From Saprospiraceae bacterium (GTDB lineage Bacteria; Bacteroidota; Bacteroidia; Chitinophagales; Saprospiraceae), in the NCBI GenBank assembly GCA_043755305.1, contig JAYUTD010000034.1, forward strand, positions 1 to 42,677: 42,677 nucleotides of DNA. The letters are read 5' to 3'. Positions within the stretch are counted from its first letter, which is position 1. The number at the start of each line of letters is the position of its first letter. Of the stretch, positions 10,001-18,685 are shown one piece after another. The notes under the pieces are model-generated. The model made no database searches. It was not told the DNA's origin and worked only from the letters and a program-made list of their open reading frames with translations. The translations under genes were made by a program, and so were the position numbers.

Positions 10001-10711
10001 CAATTGGGAAGTTTCAGCTTCAATACCGCCTGAAAATTTTTGTGATGGACCTTTAGAAGTAAGAGAAATGACCCCTCCTGAAACGTCACCATATTTGGCT
10101 TCAATACCCCCGGTTACCAATTGCAATTGATCAACTTCTGACTGAGGAATTGTGCCTCCTGTCCTGATACCATCAATAAAATAAATGGTTTCGTTGTTTC
10201 TGGAACCCCTCAAATTAGGTGTTGAACCATCCGCTGAAGATACTCCCGCAGAGTTAGCTACTATACCATTTATACTCTTCTGTGGCAAATTGGCTATTTT
10301 CTCGGAAGTTATAGTATTTCCCTGGGTTGTATTGTCAATTTCTATCAGCGGTACCTTATAAGCGGTAACCGTTACCCCTTCAAGCACCTGTGATTCTTCC
10401 TGCATTAGGATGACAATTCTGGTTGTCTGGCTGGCTTTACAAAGCACTCCATTTAACTTTGCGGTAGCATATCCGACATAACTAACTTCAAGGTCGTAGG
10501 TACCTGGGGCGATATCAGAGAAGAAAAAATTGCCATCTACATCAGTTTCAACATTTGTAGCAAGGACCCCATTTTTGTATAGTGCCACTGGCGTAAAGAT
10601 TATAGGCTCACCTGAATCTTTGTCCTTCACTTTACCTTCCAAAGAGGTCTGTGCTTCCATGACTAGGCTGCCAATGAACAATAGACAAATTGTAAGTAAT
10701 AGTTTATTCAT
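7100..10711 (-). CDS. TonB-dependent receptor-type outer-membrane barrel with an N-terminal carboxypeptidase-regulatory-like domain
   Basis: The signal peptide starts at the internal ATG (MNKLLLTICLLFIGSLVMEAQ). A CarboxypepD_reg-like domain follows (LEGKVKDKDSGEPIIF..VDGNFFFSDIAPGTYDLEVSYVGY). A plug-like segment is present (NLRGSRNNETIYFIDGIR), followed by ~900 aa of barrel-like sequence. The track ORF extends 15 codons further, to 10756. The gene ends 25 nt upstream of the giant cargo gene. No SusD-like partner is present. Confidence 0.75.
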   Translation of the reverse strand: MNKLLLTICLLFIGSLVMEAQTSLEGKVKDKDSGEPIIFTPVALYKNGVLATNVETDVDGNFFFSDIAPGTYDLEVSYVGYATAKLNGVLCKASQTTRIVILMQEESQVLEGVTVTAYKVPLIEIDNTTQGNTITSEKIANLPQKSINGIVANSAGVSSADGSTPNLRGSRNNETIYFIDGIRTGGTIPQSEVDQLQLVTGGIEAKYGDVSGGVISLTSKGPSQKFSGGIEAETSQLTDKFGYNLYSGNFSGPILKNSKNRSILGFRVSGQYTNIKDNNPSAIGVSRAPLDVIKSLEENPFYNFGTSSLPSAELLRSKDVGKPFNARPNDDNVNINLTGKLDAKVSNNIDVSLSGNYEKNKDRFTPGSSGINNSPSSWAFLNWNNNPYNNSDRVRLNFRLKHKLGKQADPDNPVEGDKTASSSLIRNISYTLLVGFERGKGKQQDFRHEDNFFDYGYFGNYPATFRPAVGVVQTPDGFSRQHLGYIRVPGDFAPDPNVNPILAKYQNQTNGVLTQAKASVWSNLFANVGQVYNSYAKSEDDLYTFNFSTGLDLVPGSSEKGRHSIQFGFIYEQNINRSYSLRPFSLWRNADLLVNNPLSLAEVDKSAFKLIDENGDSIFYPVYEKDAQNKFFFKIREKLNVGEREFVNVHSLSPDQLSLDMFSSRELADLGLVDYRGYDYLGNKTTGNISFEDFFTAKDADGRRSFPVAPFTPIYAAGYIQDKFSYKDIIFRLGLRADYYDANTKVFKDPYAIYDIESAEQFFIRNSDKQKPGSIGDDYKVYVKGSESNDIIGYRKGDQWYEPNGTAVSGGNVLFNGGVVYPSYVGRDAGRVLDIQDPAFKPEYSFDDYKPQLNLMPRLAFSFPISEEAGFFAHYDVLYQRPPSNSTLTALDYFYFNNASNSVQDNPNLRPVRTVSYEAGFQQKVSQYSALKVSAYYKENKDLIQRRVYTNIPAPITTYETYGNLDFGTTKGFSFQFDKRRTNNLEFGATYTLQFADGSGSDANSSGGINNRGIIRNLSPLSFDERHRFTANIDYRYESGKAYDGPVIAGLDIFANTGINLNAIAVSGQPFTRNQNPSQFGGAGFTGAINGSRLPWNFKVDLRIDKRFTLNTSGEGKHKLEANVYLRAENLLDAKNVNGVYGFTGDPDNDGYLSSSFGQDRLNDIKSSGKNTEAFLDAYSWRLIAPGNYFFPRRMYLGVIFNL

Positions 10712-10805
10712 GTGTTGTTTTTTTTTGAATGTGTTAAAGCTTGAATGAAATACCATATTCCTTTCTTTGTGGTTAAAATATAAAAATTTGCTCCTTGAAG
10801 GCTGG

Positions 10806-10813
10806 CAAATGTA
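10806..10813 (-). promoter_or_regulatory. Candidate -7 promoter box (TACATTTG) for the TonB-type barrel operon
   Basis: The reverse strand reads TACATTTG (TAnnTTTG consensus), ~95 nt upstream of the ATG at 10711. Confidence 0.3.
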
Positions 10814-10855
10814 ATAAAACTAAGTAGTTCAATAAAATAAAATGTTAATTTTTTA

Positions 10856-11797
10856 TTAACAAACTACTTTTTTTATCTTCTCTAAAAGGACGCTAGCTAT
10901 ACCTTCAAGAGATTCTTTGGTCCATCCTGCAATGTGAGGGCTTACAAGTACATTTTTATTTCGAAAAAGGCTCTCATACATCTCTTTTTCATAAGCAGTG
11001 TAAGTATCTACCTTCTCATTTTCAAATACATCAAGACAAATTCCAAATATTATTTGCTTTTTAATTGCAGCCAATATTGCTTTTGTCTCCACTATTTCAC
11101 CTCTTGATGTGTTGACTATCAATGGTTTGTTTTTACACTTTTGCAAAAAATCTTCATTGACTAAGTTTTTGGTATCCTCATTCAAAGGTAAATGCAAAGT
11201 AATGATGTCAGACTCGTATAAAATGTCTTCTAAATCCACTTTTTGAATAAAACTCAATTCAGGTGGGTATTCGCTGCGGTATTTGTCATAAGAAAGTATA
11301 TTTAGCTCCCATGACGACAATTTTCTGGCCACACATTCCCCTGTATTGCCCAGTCCAATAATGCCCACAGTCTTACCTTTTAATTCAAATCCCCGGTTTT
11401 GTTCCCGATTCCACTCAAAATTCTTTACTTCCTGATTTGCGTAAATTAAATTATTGTACATCGCCAAAATCATTCCTATGGCGTGCTCGGCAACTGCATT
11501 TCGATTGCCCTCCGGGGAATTTATAGGTACTATGCCTCTGGATTTGGCATATTCGACATCAATAATCTCCATGCCTGATCCCAGTCTGCCTATAAATTTT
11601 AAATTTTGCGCCAGGTCAATGGTTTCTTTGTACATTCTTATTTTGCTATTGATCACCATACCTTCATATTTGTGGACTATAGCAGGAAGCGTTGCCATAT
11701 CAACAGAAGTGTCGTAATCCACCTGATAGCCTAAGGCTTCCAGACCATCAATCAGCAATGGATGAACCTTGTCTGCAATCAATATTTTTTTTCCCAA
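10856..11797 (-). CDS. D-isomer-specific 2-hydroxyacid dehydrogenase family protein (phosphoglycerate dehydrogenase-like)
   Basis: 313 aa with a Rossmann NAD-binding motif (GIIGLGNTGECVARKL). The catalytic-domain pattern is present (NTSRGEIV...D, and SPHIAGWT carrying the active-site His). The start is a TTG and there is no ATG near the conserved N-terminus KILIADK. Confidence 0.8.
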   Translation of the reverse strand: MGKKILIADKVHPLLIDGLEALGYQVDYDTSVDMATLPAIVHKYEGMVINSKIRMYKETIDLAQNLKFIGRLGSGMEIIDVEYAKSRGIVPINSPEGNRNAVAEHAIGMILAMYNNLIYANQEVKNFEWNREQNRGFELKGKTVGIIGLGNTGECVARKLSSWELNILSYDKYRSEYPPELSFIQKVDLEDILYESDIITLHLPLNEDTKNLVNEDFLQKCKNKPLIVNTSRGEIVETKAILAAIKKQIIFGICLDVFENEKVDTYTAYEKEMYESLFRNKNVLVSPHIAGWTKESLEGIASVLLEKIKKVVC

Positions 11798-11832
11798 AAG
11801 AAGATGTTTTTGCTTAACAATTTATTTTCTTA

Positions 11833-12390
11833 TTATTTTAACTTACTTGGATTTTGTGCAATAAATTCTTTCCACCCTGATACTTTCTTGGAGGAAGTAG
11901 CCCCTGAAAAGGCGGTCTGGTTGAAATGACAATAAGCTGTAGCCAAAGCATCGGTAGCATCGTTGTACTCGGAAGTAATTTTAACTTTCAGGATATTTTC
12001 AAGCATGGCAGCAACCTGTTCTTTAGAGGCGTTGCCATTGCCGGTGATGGATTGTTTTATTTTTTTGGGTGAATATTCAAATATATCCAAGCCCATTGTA
12101 ATGGCTGCAGCCATAGCCACGCCTTGAGCTCTGCCAAGTTTTAGCATGGATTGAACATTTTTTCCATAAAAAGGTGCTTCGATGGCAAGTTGTTTGGGCA
12201 AGAAGTTCTCGATGATTTCCTGCAATTGCAAAAATATCTCTTTGAGTTTGTGCTGCTGGTCTTCTTCCTTAAAAAGTTTTATGACACCAAAAGTAACTAT
12301 CTTGACATTTCTTTTGTCTATTTCCAGAATGGCATACCCGAGGATATTTGTACCGGGATCTACGCCTAGGATTTTATATGGTTTGTCCAA
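11833..12390 (-). CDS. ruvC: Crossover junction endodeoxyribonuclease RuvC
   Basis: ILGVDPGTNILGYAILE at the N-terminus (catalytic Asp), IEAPFYGKNVQS, and DATDALATAYCH at the C-terminal catalytic site. TTG start. Confidence 0.9.
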   Translation of the reverse strand: MDKPYKILGVDPGTNILGYAILEIDKRNVKIVTFGVIKLFKEEDQQHKLKEIFLQLQEIIENFLPKQLAIEAPFYGKNVQSMLKLGRAQGVAMAAAITMGLDIFEYSPKKIKQSITGNGNASKEQVAAMLENILKVKITSEYNDATDALATAYCHFNQTAFSGATSSKKVSGWKEFIAQNPSKLK

Positions 12391-12518
12391 TAGGAGTTGG
12401 TTTTAAATCTGGTAAATATAAGCATAAAAGAAAGTCCTTGTTAATCCTGCTAAGTCTATTTTAAAAAGTTGGCAAAAGAAATACCACCACCTCCAATTGT
12501 AATGGTCTATTACTTAAT

Positions 12519-15374
12519 CTACTCTATATCCAACACACTCAATAGATGTATTGCCTTCCTACCATCAGCCAGGTCACTGATCTGATGCCGACAGCTATAG
12601 CCATTGGCGACGACACACTTGTCTTGATTGGCATTGACTTGTGGAATCAATTTTTGATTGGCGATTTTTACTGATAGATCATAATGTTCTTTTTCATATC
12701 CAAATGCACCTGCCATTCCACAACAACCTGTATCCAATTCCTTTCCCTGACCTCCTGCCAAAACAAGCAGTTGATTGGCAGCTTGTGTGCCATACACCGC
12801 TTTTTGGTGACAATGGCCATGGTGAACGTATTCTTTCTGTTTCATGGTCAATTTTCCGTTGATCTGATTTTGCATTGCCATATCCAATAAAAAAACTTCT
12901 GCAGGAATTACATTTTCTTTTATTTTTTGACCTACAGCTGCATCCTCTATCAAATCGGGAAGGTCATCTATTAATGCTGTGGTGCAACTTGGCTCAACAG
13001 TGATAATTTTAAGTCCCTGGTTGATGTAATCCAAGAGTTTCAATGAAAGAGGCTCCAGGTGTTTTTTTGCTTCTTTTAAAAACCCATTGCTGATCTTTGG
13101 CCGCTGACAACATCCTATATCAGCCACTATCACTTCAAATCCACATTTGTTCAATAATTTTATGGTATCGATGCCAAGGTCTGTCTCGTGATAATTGATG
13201 TAAGTATCTGCAAAAAGCACCACTCTCTTTTCGGCTTTAAAAAAGTTGTTTGTTTTGGCCCAATCGCTTAAATTTTGCGTGGCATATTTTGGAAGATTTC
13301 TTTGTCTGCTAATACCAAATAGTTTTTCATTGACAAATTTTACTACCCTGGTATTTAAGATTGGATTTACCAACCGTGCACTATTGCCCGATAACTTTTT
13401 AGATAAGTTGCTTGCAAAGAGCGGCACTTTTTCGGCCAAAGAAAAACCTTTCCTGTCATACCTTATTTGCAGCACTTCAGACTTGAGTTTGGCCATATCT
13501 ACATTTGACGGACATTCTGTTTTGCATGCTTTACAAGACAAACATAGATCTAAAACTTCTTTCACATCAGGATGGGTAAGGTCATCGAAATGCATCTGAC
13601 CACTCATGGCCAATCTAAGCACATTGGCTCTTCCTCTGGTAGAATCAACCTCATTGCCGGTAGCTCTGAAACTGGGACACATGGTGCCTACTTCGGTATT
13701 TCTACAAGCCCCTACTCCACTACAATTGTGTACAAGCTCATGAAAATTGCCCCCATGGCGGTATTTATACACAAAGTCGTAATCCTGATCTTTGTAGTCG
13801 TCATGGTACCTAAGGTGAGTCCTCATATCTTCTGCATCAATGATGATATTGGGATTCAAAATATTATTTGGATCCCATATTTGTTTCACTTCCTTTAGCG
13901 CTGAATAGATTTTTTCACCATAGAATTCTTTCATTTTTGGACTCCTGTTTCTTCCATCGCCATGTTCTCCACTCCATGAGCCTTTGTATTTGAGTACCAG
14001 GTCAAAGCAGTAGTCAGATATCATTTTCATCTTGTCAATATCCTCCTGATGGGTGAGGTCTATCGTAGGTCTTAGGTGCAAGACACCTACACTGGCATGT
14101 GCATATAGCACAATGTCGGAATCGTGTTGTTTGCAAAAAGTTTCTACTTCACCAATATAGTCGGCCAGATGTTCAAGAGGTATAGCTGCATCTTCTACAA
14201 AAGGTAAAGGCTTTCTTATACCCGGCTTTCCCATGATCAACCCCAGTCCATCTTTTCTAAGATCGAGGGCATCTTTTATTTTGGCTTTATCATGCACAAT
14301 GGGATAAGCATACGCGGAGGGCACATTTTCCAATTGTGATACAAGGGCTTTGGCCTTTGAGTCGATCTCTTCCTGAGTATCTCCATAAAACTCTACCGTC
14401 ATTACAGCTTGCGGATCACCAAGAATGATGCTATCGTAATATTTTTTAGTGAGTGTATTGGTCTTGCTTCCCGCCAAAACATTGAAGTCAAGCATTTCAA
14501 TGGCGGCCGGGCCAAATTGGATCATGTTTTTGACGGAAGCTATACCTTGGAGTCTATCGTTGTAATGGACAATAACCATATTGTTGAACTTTGGCAAAGG
14601 GGTAAGCTTTATTTTTGCTTCCAAGATTTGTGCCAATGTGCCTTCGCTTCCTATAATTATATTGGACAGATTCCAATCATCCCTACCAATAAAAGCATCC
14701 AATGCATACCCGCCTACCCTTCGCATCACTTTGGGGTATCTTTCTTCGATTTCGGCTGCGTTTTCAAAAACAACTTTACGCATAGATCTATAGATACGGC
14801 CTTCCTCATCGTCTTGCCGGCATACCTTATCATAGTCTGCTTCACTTTTTGTATTTAGCGTAAATATTTCCCCGGTAGTGGTCATGATCTTTAATGCAAT
14901 GACATGGTCACTCGTCTTACCATACAATATACTTTTTGTGCCGGAGCTGTTATTGGCTATCATCCCACCAAAACTTGCCCGGCTTGAAGTCGCAGGGTCT
15001 GGACCAAAATGCAGGCCGAATTTTGCAATAGCTTTGTTGAGCTGGTCCCGGATAACACCCGGTTGAACCAATGCATATTGCTCGGCCTCATTGATAGATA
15101 TAATGTTGTTGAAATATTTAGAATAATCGATGACAATACCTGTATTGACTGTCTGTCCTGCAAGACTGGTGGCAGAACCCCTAGGCAGCACAGGTATTTT
15201 ATGGGTATACGCAACATTTAAAATCTTCTTTACATCTGCCTCCGTCTTTGGCACTGCGATAAGCAAGGGTTTTTTTTGGTAGAGTGAGGCATCTGTGGCA
15301 TACAGTGCTAGCGATAAATCGTCAGAAAGTATTTCTCCTTCAATGGGACCTATAAGTGTGCTGATGTTTTGCAA
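12519..15374 (-). CDS. Fused FAD-linked oxidase / (Fe-S)-binding oxidoreductase, YdiJ-like (2-hydroxyacid dehydrogenase type)
   Basis: 951 aa. The N-terminal FAD-binding PCMH domain (PRGSATSLAGQTV, GVIRDQLN, FGGMIANNSSG, LYGKTSDHV) is collinear with E. coli YdiJ/GlcD-type enzymes. Central 4Fe-4S Cys clusters are present (CSGVGACR, CLSCKACKTECPS). C-terminal CCG-type Cys-rich repeats are present (CCQRP, CCGMAG). TTG start. Confidence 0.8.
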   Translation of the reverse strand: MQNISTLIGPIEGEILSDDLSLALYATDASLYQKKPLLIAVPKTEADVKKILNVAYTHKIPVLPRGSATSLAGQTVNTGIVIDYSKYFNNIISINEAEQYALVQPGVIRDQLNKAIAKFGLHFGPDPATSSRASFGGMIANNSSGTKSILYGKTSDHVIALKIMTTTGEIFTLNTKSEADYDKVCRQDDEEGRIYRSMRKVVFENAAEIEERYPKVMRRVGGYALDAFIGRDDWNLSNIIIGSEGTLAQILEAKIKLTPLPKFNNMVIVHYNDRLQGIASVKNMIQFGPAAIEMLDFNVLAGSKTNTLTKKYYDSIILGDPQAVMTVEFYGDTQEEIDSKAKALVSQLENVPSAYAYPIVHDKAKIKDALDLRKDGLGLIMGKPGIRKPLPFVEDAAIPLEHLADYIGEVETFCKQHDSDIVLYAHASVGVLHLRPTIDLTHQEDIDKMKMISDYCFDLVLKYKGSWSGEHGDGRNRSPKMKEFYGEKIYSALKEVKQIWDPNNILNPNIIIDAEDMRTHLRYHDDYKDQDYDFVYKYRHGGNFHELVHNCSGVGACRNTEVGTMCPSFRATGNEVDSTRGRANVLRLAMSGQMHFDDLTHPDVKEVLDLCLSCKACKTECPSNVDMAKLKSEVLQIRYDRKGFSLAEKVPLFASNLSKKLSGNSARLVNPILNTRVVKFVNEKLFGISRQRNLPKYATQNLSDWAKTNNFFKAEKRVVLFADTYINYHETDLGIDTIKLLNKCGFEVIVADIGCCQRPKISNGFLKEAKKHLEPLSLKLLDYINQGLKIITVEPSCTTALIDDLPDLIEDAAVGQKIKENVIPAEVFLLDMAMQNQINGKLTMKQKEYVHHGHCHQKAVYGTQAANQLLVLAGGQGKELDTGCCGMAGAFGYEKEHYDLSVKIANQKLIPQVNANQDKCVVANGYSCRHQISDLADGRKAIHLLSVLDIE

Positions 15375-15467
15375 AACAATAAATATTTTTACAAAAGTAC
15401 AAAAAATAGGTGAATGATGGGACCGACCACTTCAAAAACATCTGTGCCATTTTTACCAAAATTTACT

Positions 15468-15475
15468 ACCTTTGT
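15468..15475 (+). promoter_or_regulatory. Candidate -7 promoter box (TACCTTTG)
   Basis: Matches TAnnTTTG and lies 38 nt upstream of the ATG at 15513. This supports the shorter start for the DUF2132 gene. Confidence 0.35.
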
Positions 15476-15512
15476 ACCAACATATTATGAATATCACACA
15501 GGGCTTACAAAC

Positions 15513-15878
15513 ATGAAACATAGTGAACCACAAAAGAAAAAAAAATCGCTGGATGGCATCACACTGGAAATGATGCTTATTGACCTATCTACCTATGTTG
15601 GCTGGGAAAAAATGGCAGAGAAAGTTTCTATCAATTGTTTTAAAAGCAGGCCAAGTATAAAATCCAGTCTGGCATTCCTAAGAAGGACACCTTGGGCCCG
15701 AGATAAGGTAGAAGTATTGTATCGGTATAGCATGCATAAAATAGAATTCGCCAAATCAAATCCGGAAATGCCAATCCAAGAAGTAGCAGAGAAAAAAATA
15801 TTGACAAAACCAAAATCAAGCCATACAGGAATTTTTCCTAAAGATCATTTTATACAAAATAAATCGGCTGAAGATTAA
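15513..15878 (+). CDS. DUF2132 (VF530-like) domain protein
   Basis: The block LDGITLEMMLIDLSTYVGWEKMAEKVSINCFKSRPSIKSSLAFLRRTPWARDKVEVLY matches the DUF2132 signature (G.TLE..L..L....GW..L......CF...PS..SSL.FLR.T.WAR..VE.LY). The track ORF begins at 15414, but the first 33 codons look like non-coding promoter sequence. Confidence 0.65.
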   Translation: MKHSEPQKKKKSLDGITLEMMLIDLSTYVGWEKMAEKVSINCFKSRPSIKSSLAFLRRTPWARDKVEVLYRYSMHKIEFAKSNPEMPIQEVAEKKILTKPKSSHTGIFPKDHFIQNKSAED

Positions 15879-15898
15879 TTGACTGATAGCTCATTTTA

Positions 15899-17059
15899 TT
15901 ATGCCACCTTCCGGGTAATCGACCCACTTTTCATTTCAAAGAGCAATAGTAAAAACCCAAAGGAAAAATATCTTACCGGCATACTCTGTGGCAGCAGGTA
16001 TGCATTGCCATTAAGAAAACTCATAATAAAAAGTGCCGCCAATATATAAGCCAGCCATTTTTTATACCTAAAATTTTTAAAAAAAAATAAAATGTACAGC
16101 GGGTTTAACCATAGAATATTCCAGTTCAAAGTACATGCCTGATGGTCTGTGGCAAACCACAGCAACAAGATGACCAATGACGCTATAAATGAAAATAGGC
16201 ACCAAGTTTTAAACAAACGGCTAAACCAAATTTCTTTTCTTGTAAAATGTAAACCCAGAACCAGCAAAATAAGCAAGTAATTGACAAGTCTCGGACTAAA
16301 AAAAGCACTAATTTTTCTAGCCTCCTTTTCTTCATCAAAAATCAACACATGATAGTCATTTTTCAAAAGCAGTTTTCCATCATAACTTTTTTCTCCCAGT
16401 ATGTCATGCAACTTGTCCGGCAAAAACATTTGCAGGCCAGGTGTCGCATCAATGTCGGCTTTAGAGCCAATGATCATATCTATACCAAGTCTTGTCCATG
16501 GACTCCCGACCAAATACCTGTGTAATAAGTCTCTCATGGTTACTTTTTCATTTGATGTATAGACAGGTGGATAACCCAATGTTTTTTCAAATACATCCCT
16601 TATTCTTGTGGAGCAGTTATCATAAAAAAAATCATATTTATAAAAGGCATTTTCAGGAAGAGCATTGTTTTCTAGAAAACGGATGACCTTGTTTTTTTCT
16701 TCTCCCGTGATATTCAGTACCTGCTCTTTGACACCCCTTTTGTCATAATTGTATTCTAATAAAAACTGATCAAAGCCATAAGCCGAAAGTTTGTATAGCA
16801 ACTTGCCCCGCATAAATTTAACCATAAAGCCGGGAGTGCTGAAATCAAATGTGCCATAGTTGTAGACAATATCATAGTTTTTATCGGCATTGTGCACCCT
16901 TACTGCGCTGTGGCCAAACAAAGAATACAAGTCGCTACCCGGATCACAGGTAATAAGCGATACCTGTGTCTGGGCCATAAGACTGTCCAGGGCGTCCGCT
17001 TTTGCAGTCAAACAATAGATGGTAAATAAAGTGGCAACAATGAATCTTATACAGTACAT
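15899..17059 (-). CDS. DUF4105 (Lnb-like N-terminal periplasmic domain) membrane protein
   Basis: Signal peptide followed by QVSLITCDPGSDLYSLFGHSAVRV, the hallmark opening of DUF4105. The C-terminal ~130 aa form several hydrophobic helices. Confidence 0.6.
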   Translation of the reverse strand: MYCIRFIVATLFTIYCLTAKADALDSLMAQTQVSLITCDPGSDLYSLFGHSAVRVHNADKNYDIVYNYGTFDFSTPGFMVKFMRGKLLYKLSAYGFDQFLLEYNYDKRGVKEQVLNITGEEKNKVIRFLENNALPENAFYKYDFFYDNCSTRIRDVFEKTLGYPPVYTSNEKVTMRDLLHRYLVGSPWTRLGIDMIIGSKADIDATPGLQMFLPDKLHDILGEKSYDGKLLLKNDYHVLIFDEEKEARKISAFFSPRLVNYLLILLVLGLHFTRKEIWFSRLFKTWCLFSFIASLVILLLWFATDHQACTLNWNILWLNPLYILFFFKNFRYKKWLAYILAALFIMSFLNGNAYLLPQSMPVRYFSFGFLLLLFEMKSGSITRKVA

Positions 17060-17157
17060 ACTTGGTATTTGTTACAAAAATCATAATTATTGCCATTACT
17101 TTCCATAAATTGGTAATAAATTATCACTTTTGCAGTCTAATAATTGAAATACAATTA

Positions 17158-17598
17158 ATGCACAAATATATTCTTTTTTGTTTTCTACTGTTTTTGGCGG
17201 TAAAAGCTACTTCTCAAGAAGCAATACCCATCACATGGAAGATGCTGAGCGACGTCACTTTTTATGAAAAATACAATAAAGAATTTGACTACAATGTACT
17301 TTATCCCAAATGGGGACCAAAAGTAAAGGTCCTTGAAAATAAGTTGGTAGAAATCGAAGGGTATGCCATACCTGTGGAGGAACTGGGTGCAGATATTTTG
17401 GTATTGTCAGCATTACCCTACTCACAATGTTTTTTTTGTGGTGGAGCCGGCCCGGAATCCGTAATGGATATTAAGTCAAAGAAAAAGCTGGATGTAAAAG
17501 TAGACAAAAAATTAAAATTTAGAGGCAAACTTAAATTGAACGAAAACGATTTATCGCAATTAAATTATATCCTCGAAAATGCTGAATTGGTAAATTAA
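17158..17598 (+). CDS. Small secreted protein, possibly DUF3299-like
   Basis: The ATG at 17158 gives a clean signal peptide (MHKYILFCFLLFLAVKATSQ). The pattern W..L..V......F...V..LENKLVEIEGYAIP......ILVLS..P...C.FC resembles DUF3299. The track ORF start at 17062 is a TTG extension lacking a signal peptide. Confidence 0.4.
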   Translation: MHKYILFCFLLFLAVKATSQEAIPITWKMLSDVTFYEKYNKEFDYNVLYPKWGPKVKVLENKLVEIEGYAIPVEELGADILVLSALPYSQCFFCGGAGPESVMDIKSKKKLDVKVDKKLKFRGKLKLNENDLSQLNYILENAELVN

Positions 17599-17607
17599 TC
17601 AGGTGCT

Positions 17608-18330
17608 TTACCTCATTACTTCTCTTAATACCTCCAAAGATTTCAATGTTTTGAAAGATTCAATATGCAATGTATAATATTGGATAAGGTAATCCACTAT
17701 TTTTTCTTTGTCGGCTTTCTTTATACCTGATGTGTCTTCGTTCTTTAGCAATTGACTCAATATTTTACTGCTTGTGGTATCCATCGTATACCGTGAATCA
17801 ATGCTGTCAGGCGTAAAATTGCCATTGAGTAAGTCGAAGTAAATATTTTCATCGGTATAATTATTCATGGGATAAAAGCCAAGGTATACCGTAAGATCTA
17901 TGAGGTAATGAATGTAAAATGAACTCAGGGCTTCAATTGCCAGCGTATCTAGTGAAATAAAATTTTGTTTGATAAAAGCGTACAGTGCAGGATTTTCTTC
18001 TTTTTCTTTAATTGTGTTCCTGCTGCATTCAATCATAAATATGCCTACTGCGCTTCTTAAGACTTCAATTTGCAGATTGCTGTATATATGTCCATAGCTG
18101 AATTCCTTAATGCGTTGCAGCTGGTCATTGTTCTTGTGGTAATAAGAAAGTTGCACAATATTCATGACTTGTAATACCGAAGATTGGGTTTTGGATTTTG
18201 GGCTTCTTACACCACTTACAATGAAGGATTTGAGACCGTGGTCCGAGGTTAATGCGTCCAGGATAATGCTCGTTTCTGAGTATTTCAATACCCTGATAAT
18301 GATGCCCTCTGTTTCAACTATATGCGGCAT
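17608..18330 (-). CDS. recO: DNA repair protein RecO
   Basis: 240 aa. An N-terminal OB-fold pattern is present (TEGIIIRVLKYSETSIILDALTSDHGLKSFIVSGVRSPKSK). The length and the helical C-terminal half are typical of Bacteroidota RecO. Confidence 0.8.
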   Translation of the reverse strand: MPHIVETEGIIIRVLKYSETSIILDALTSDHGLKSFIVSGVRSPKSKTQSSVLQVMNIVQLSYYHKNNDQLQRIKEFSYGHIYSNLQIEVLRSAVGIFMIECSRNTIKEKEENPALYAFIKQNFISLDTLAIEALSSFYIHYLIDLTVYLGFYPMNNYTDENIYFDLLNGNFTPDSIDSRYTMDTTSSKILSQLLKNEDTSGIKKADKEKIVDYLIQYYTLHIESFKTLKSLEVLREVMR

Positions 18331-18340
18331 AGACCTGATT

Positions 18341-18673
18341 TCAAAATTCCCAACCCTCTATGGGTTTGACTTTGATTTTTTTCTTGGTATGGACCCGTTC
18401 CAATTGTCTCTGAAAGATCAATAATGCAATGCTTTGGTGTGGTGGGATTACCTTTTTCATCTTCAATACATTATTGATTTTTTTCATGCTAATGTCGAGT
18501 CTGTATAGGTAACTCAGTAAGAGGTCTTTGTCATTTTCGAGCAAATAATCTACCCGCTGCGCAATGAGATGAATCATTTCTTCGTGGGTAAGTGTATCTT
18601 TTACATCAATCTGAAGGCTGTGTTTTATCAATTGAAGTGTTTCTGCTTCATTTTGTATATGTTCTTCATTCAT
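18341..18673 (-). CDS. Hypothetical small helical protein (110 aa)
   Basis: An ORF with an ATG start, packed tightly between the GH3-like gene (12-nt gap) and recO (10-nt gap). I recognised no motif. Confidence 0.45.
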   Translation of the reverse strand: MNEEHIQNEAETLQLIKHSLQIDVKDTLTHEEMIHLIAQRVDYLLENDKDLLLSYLYRLDISMKKINNVLKMKKVIPPHQSIALLIFQRQLERVHTKKKIKVKPIEGWEF

Positions 18674-18685
18674 GGATGTGCGCTT

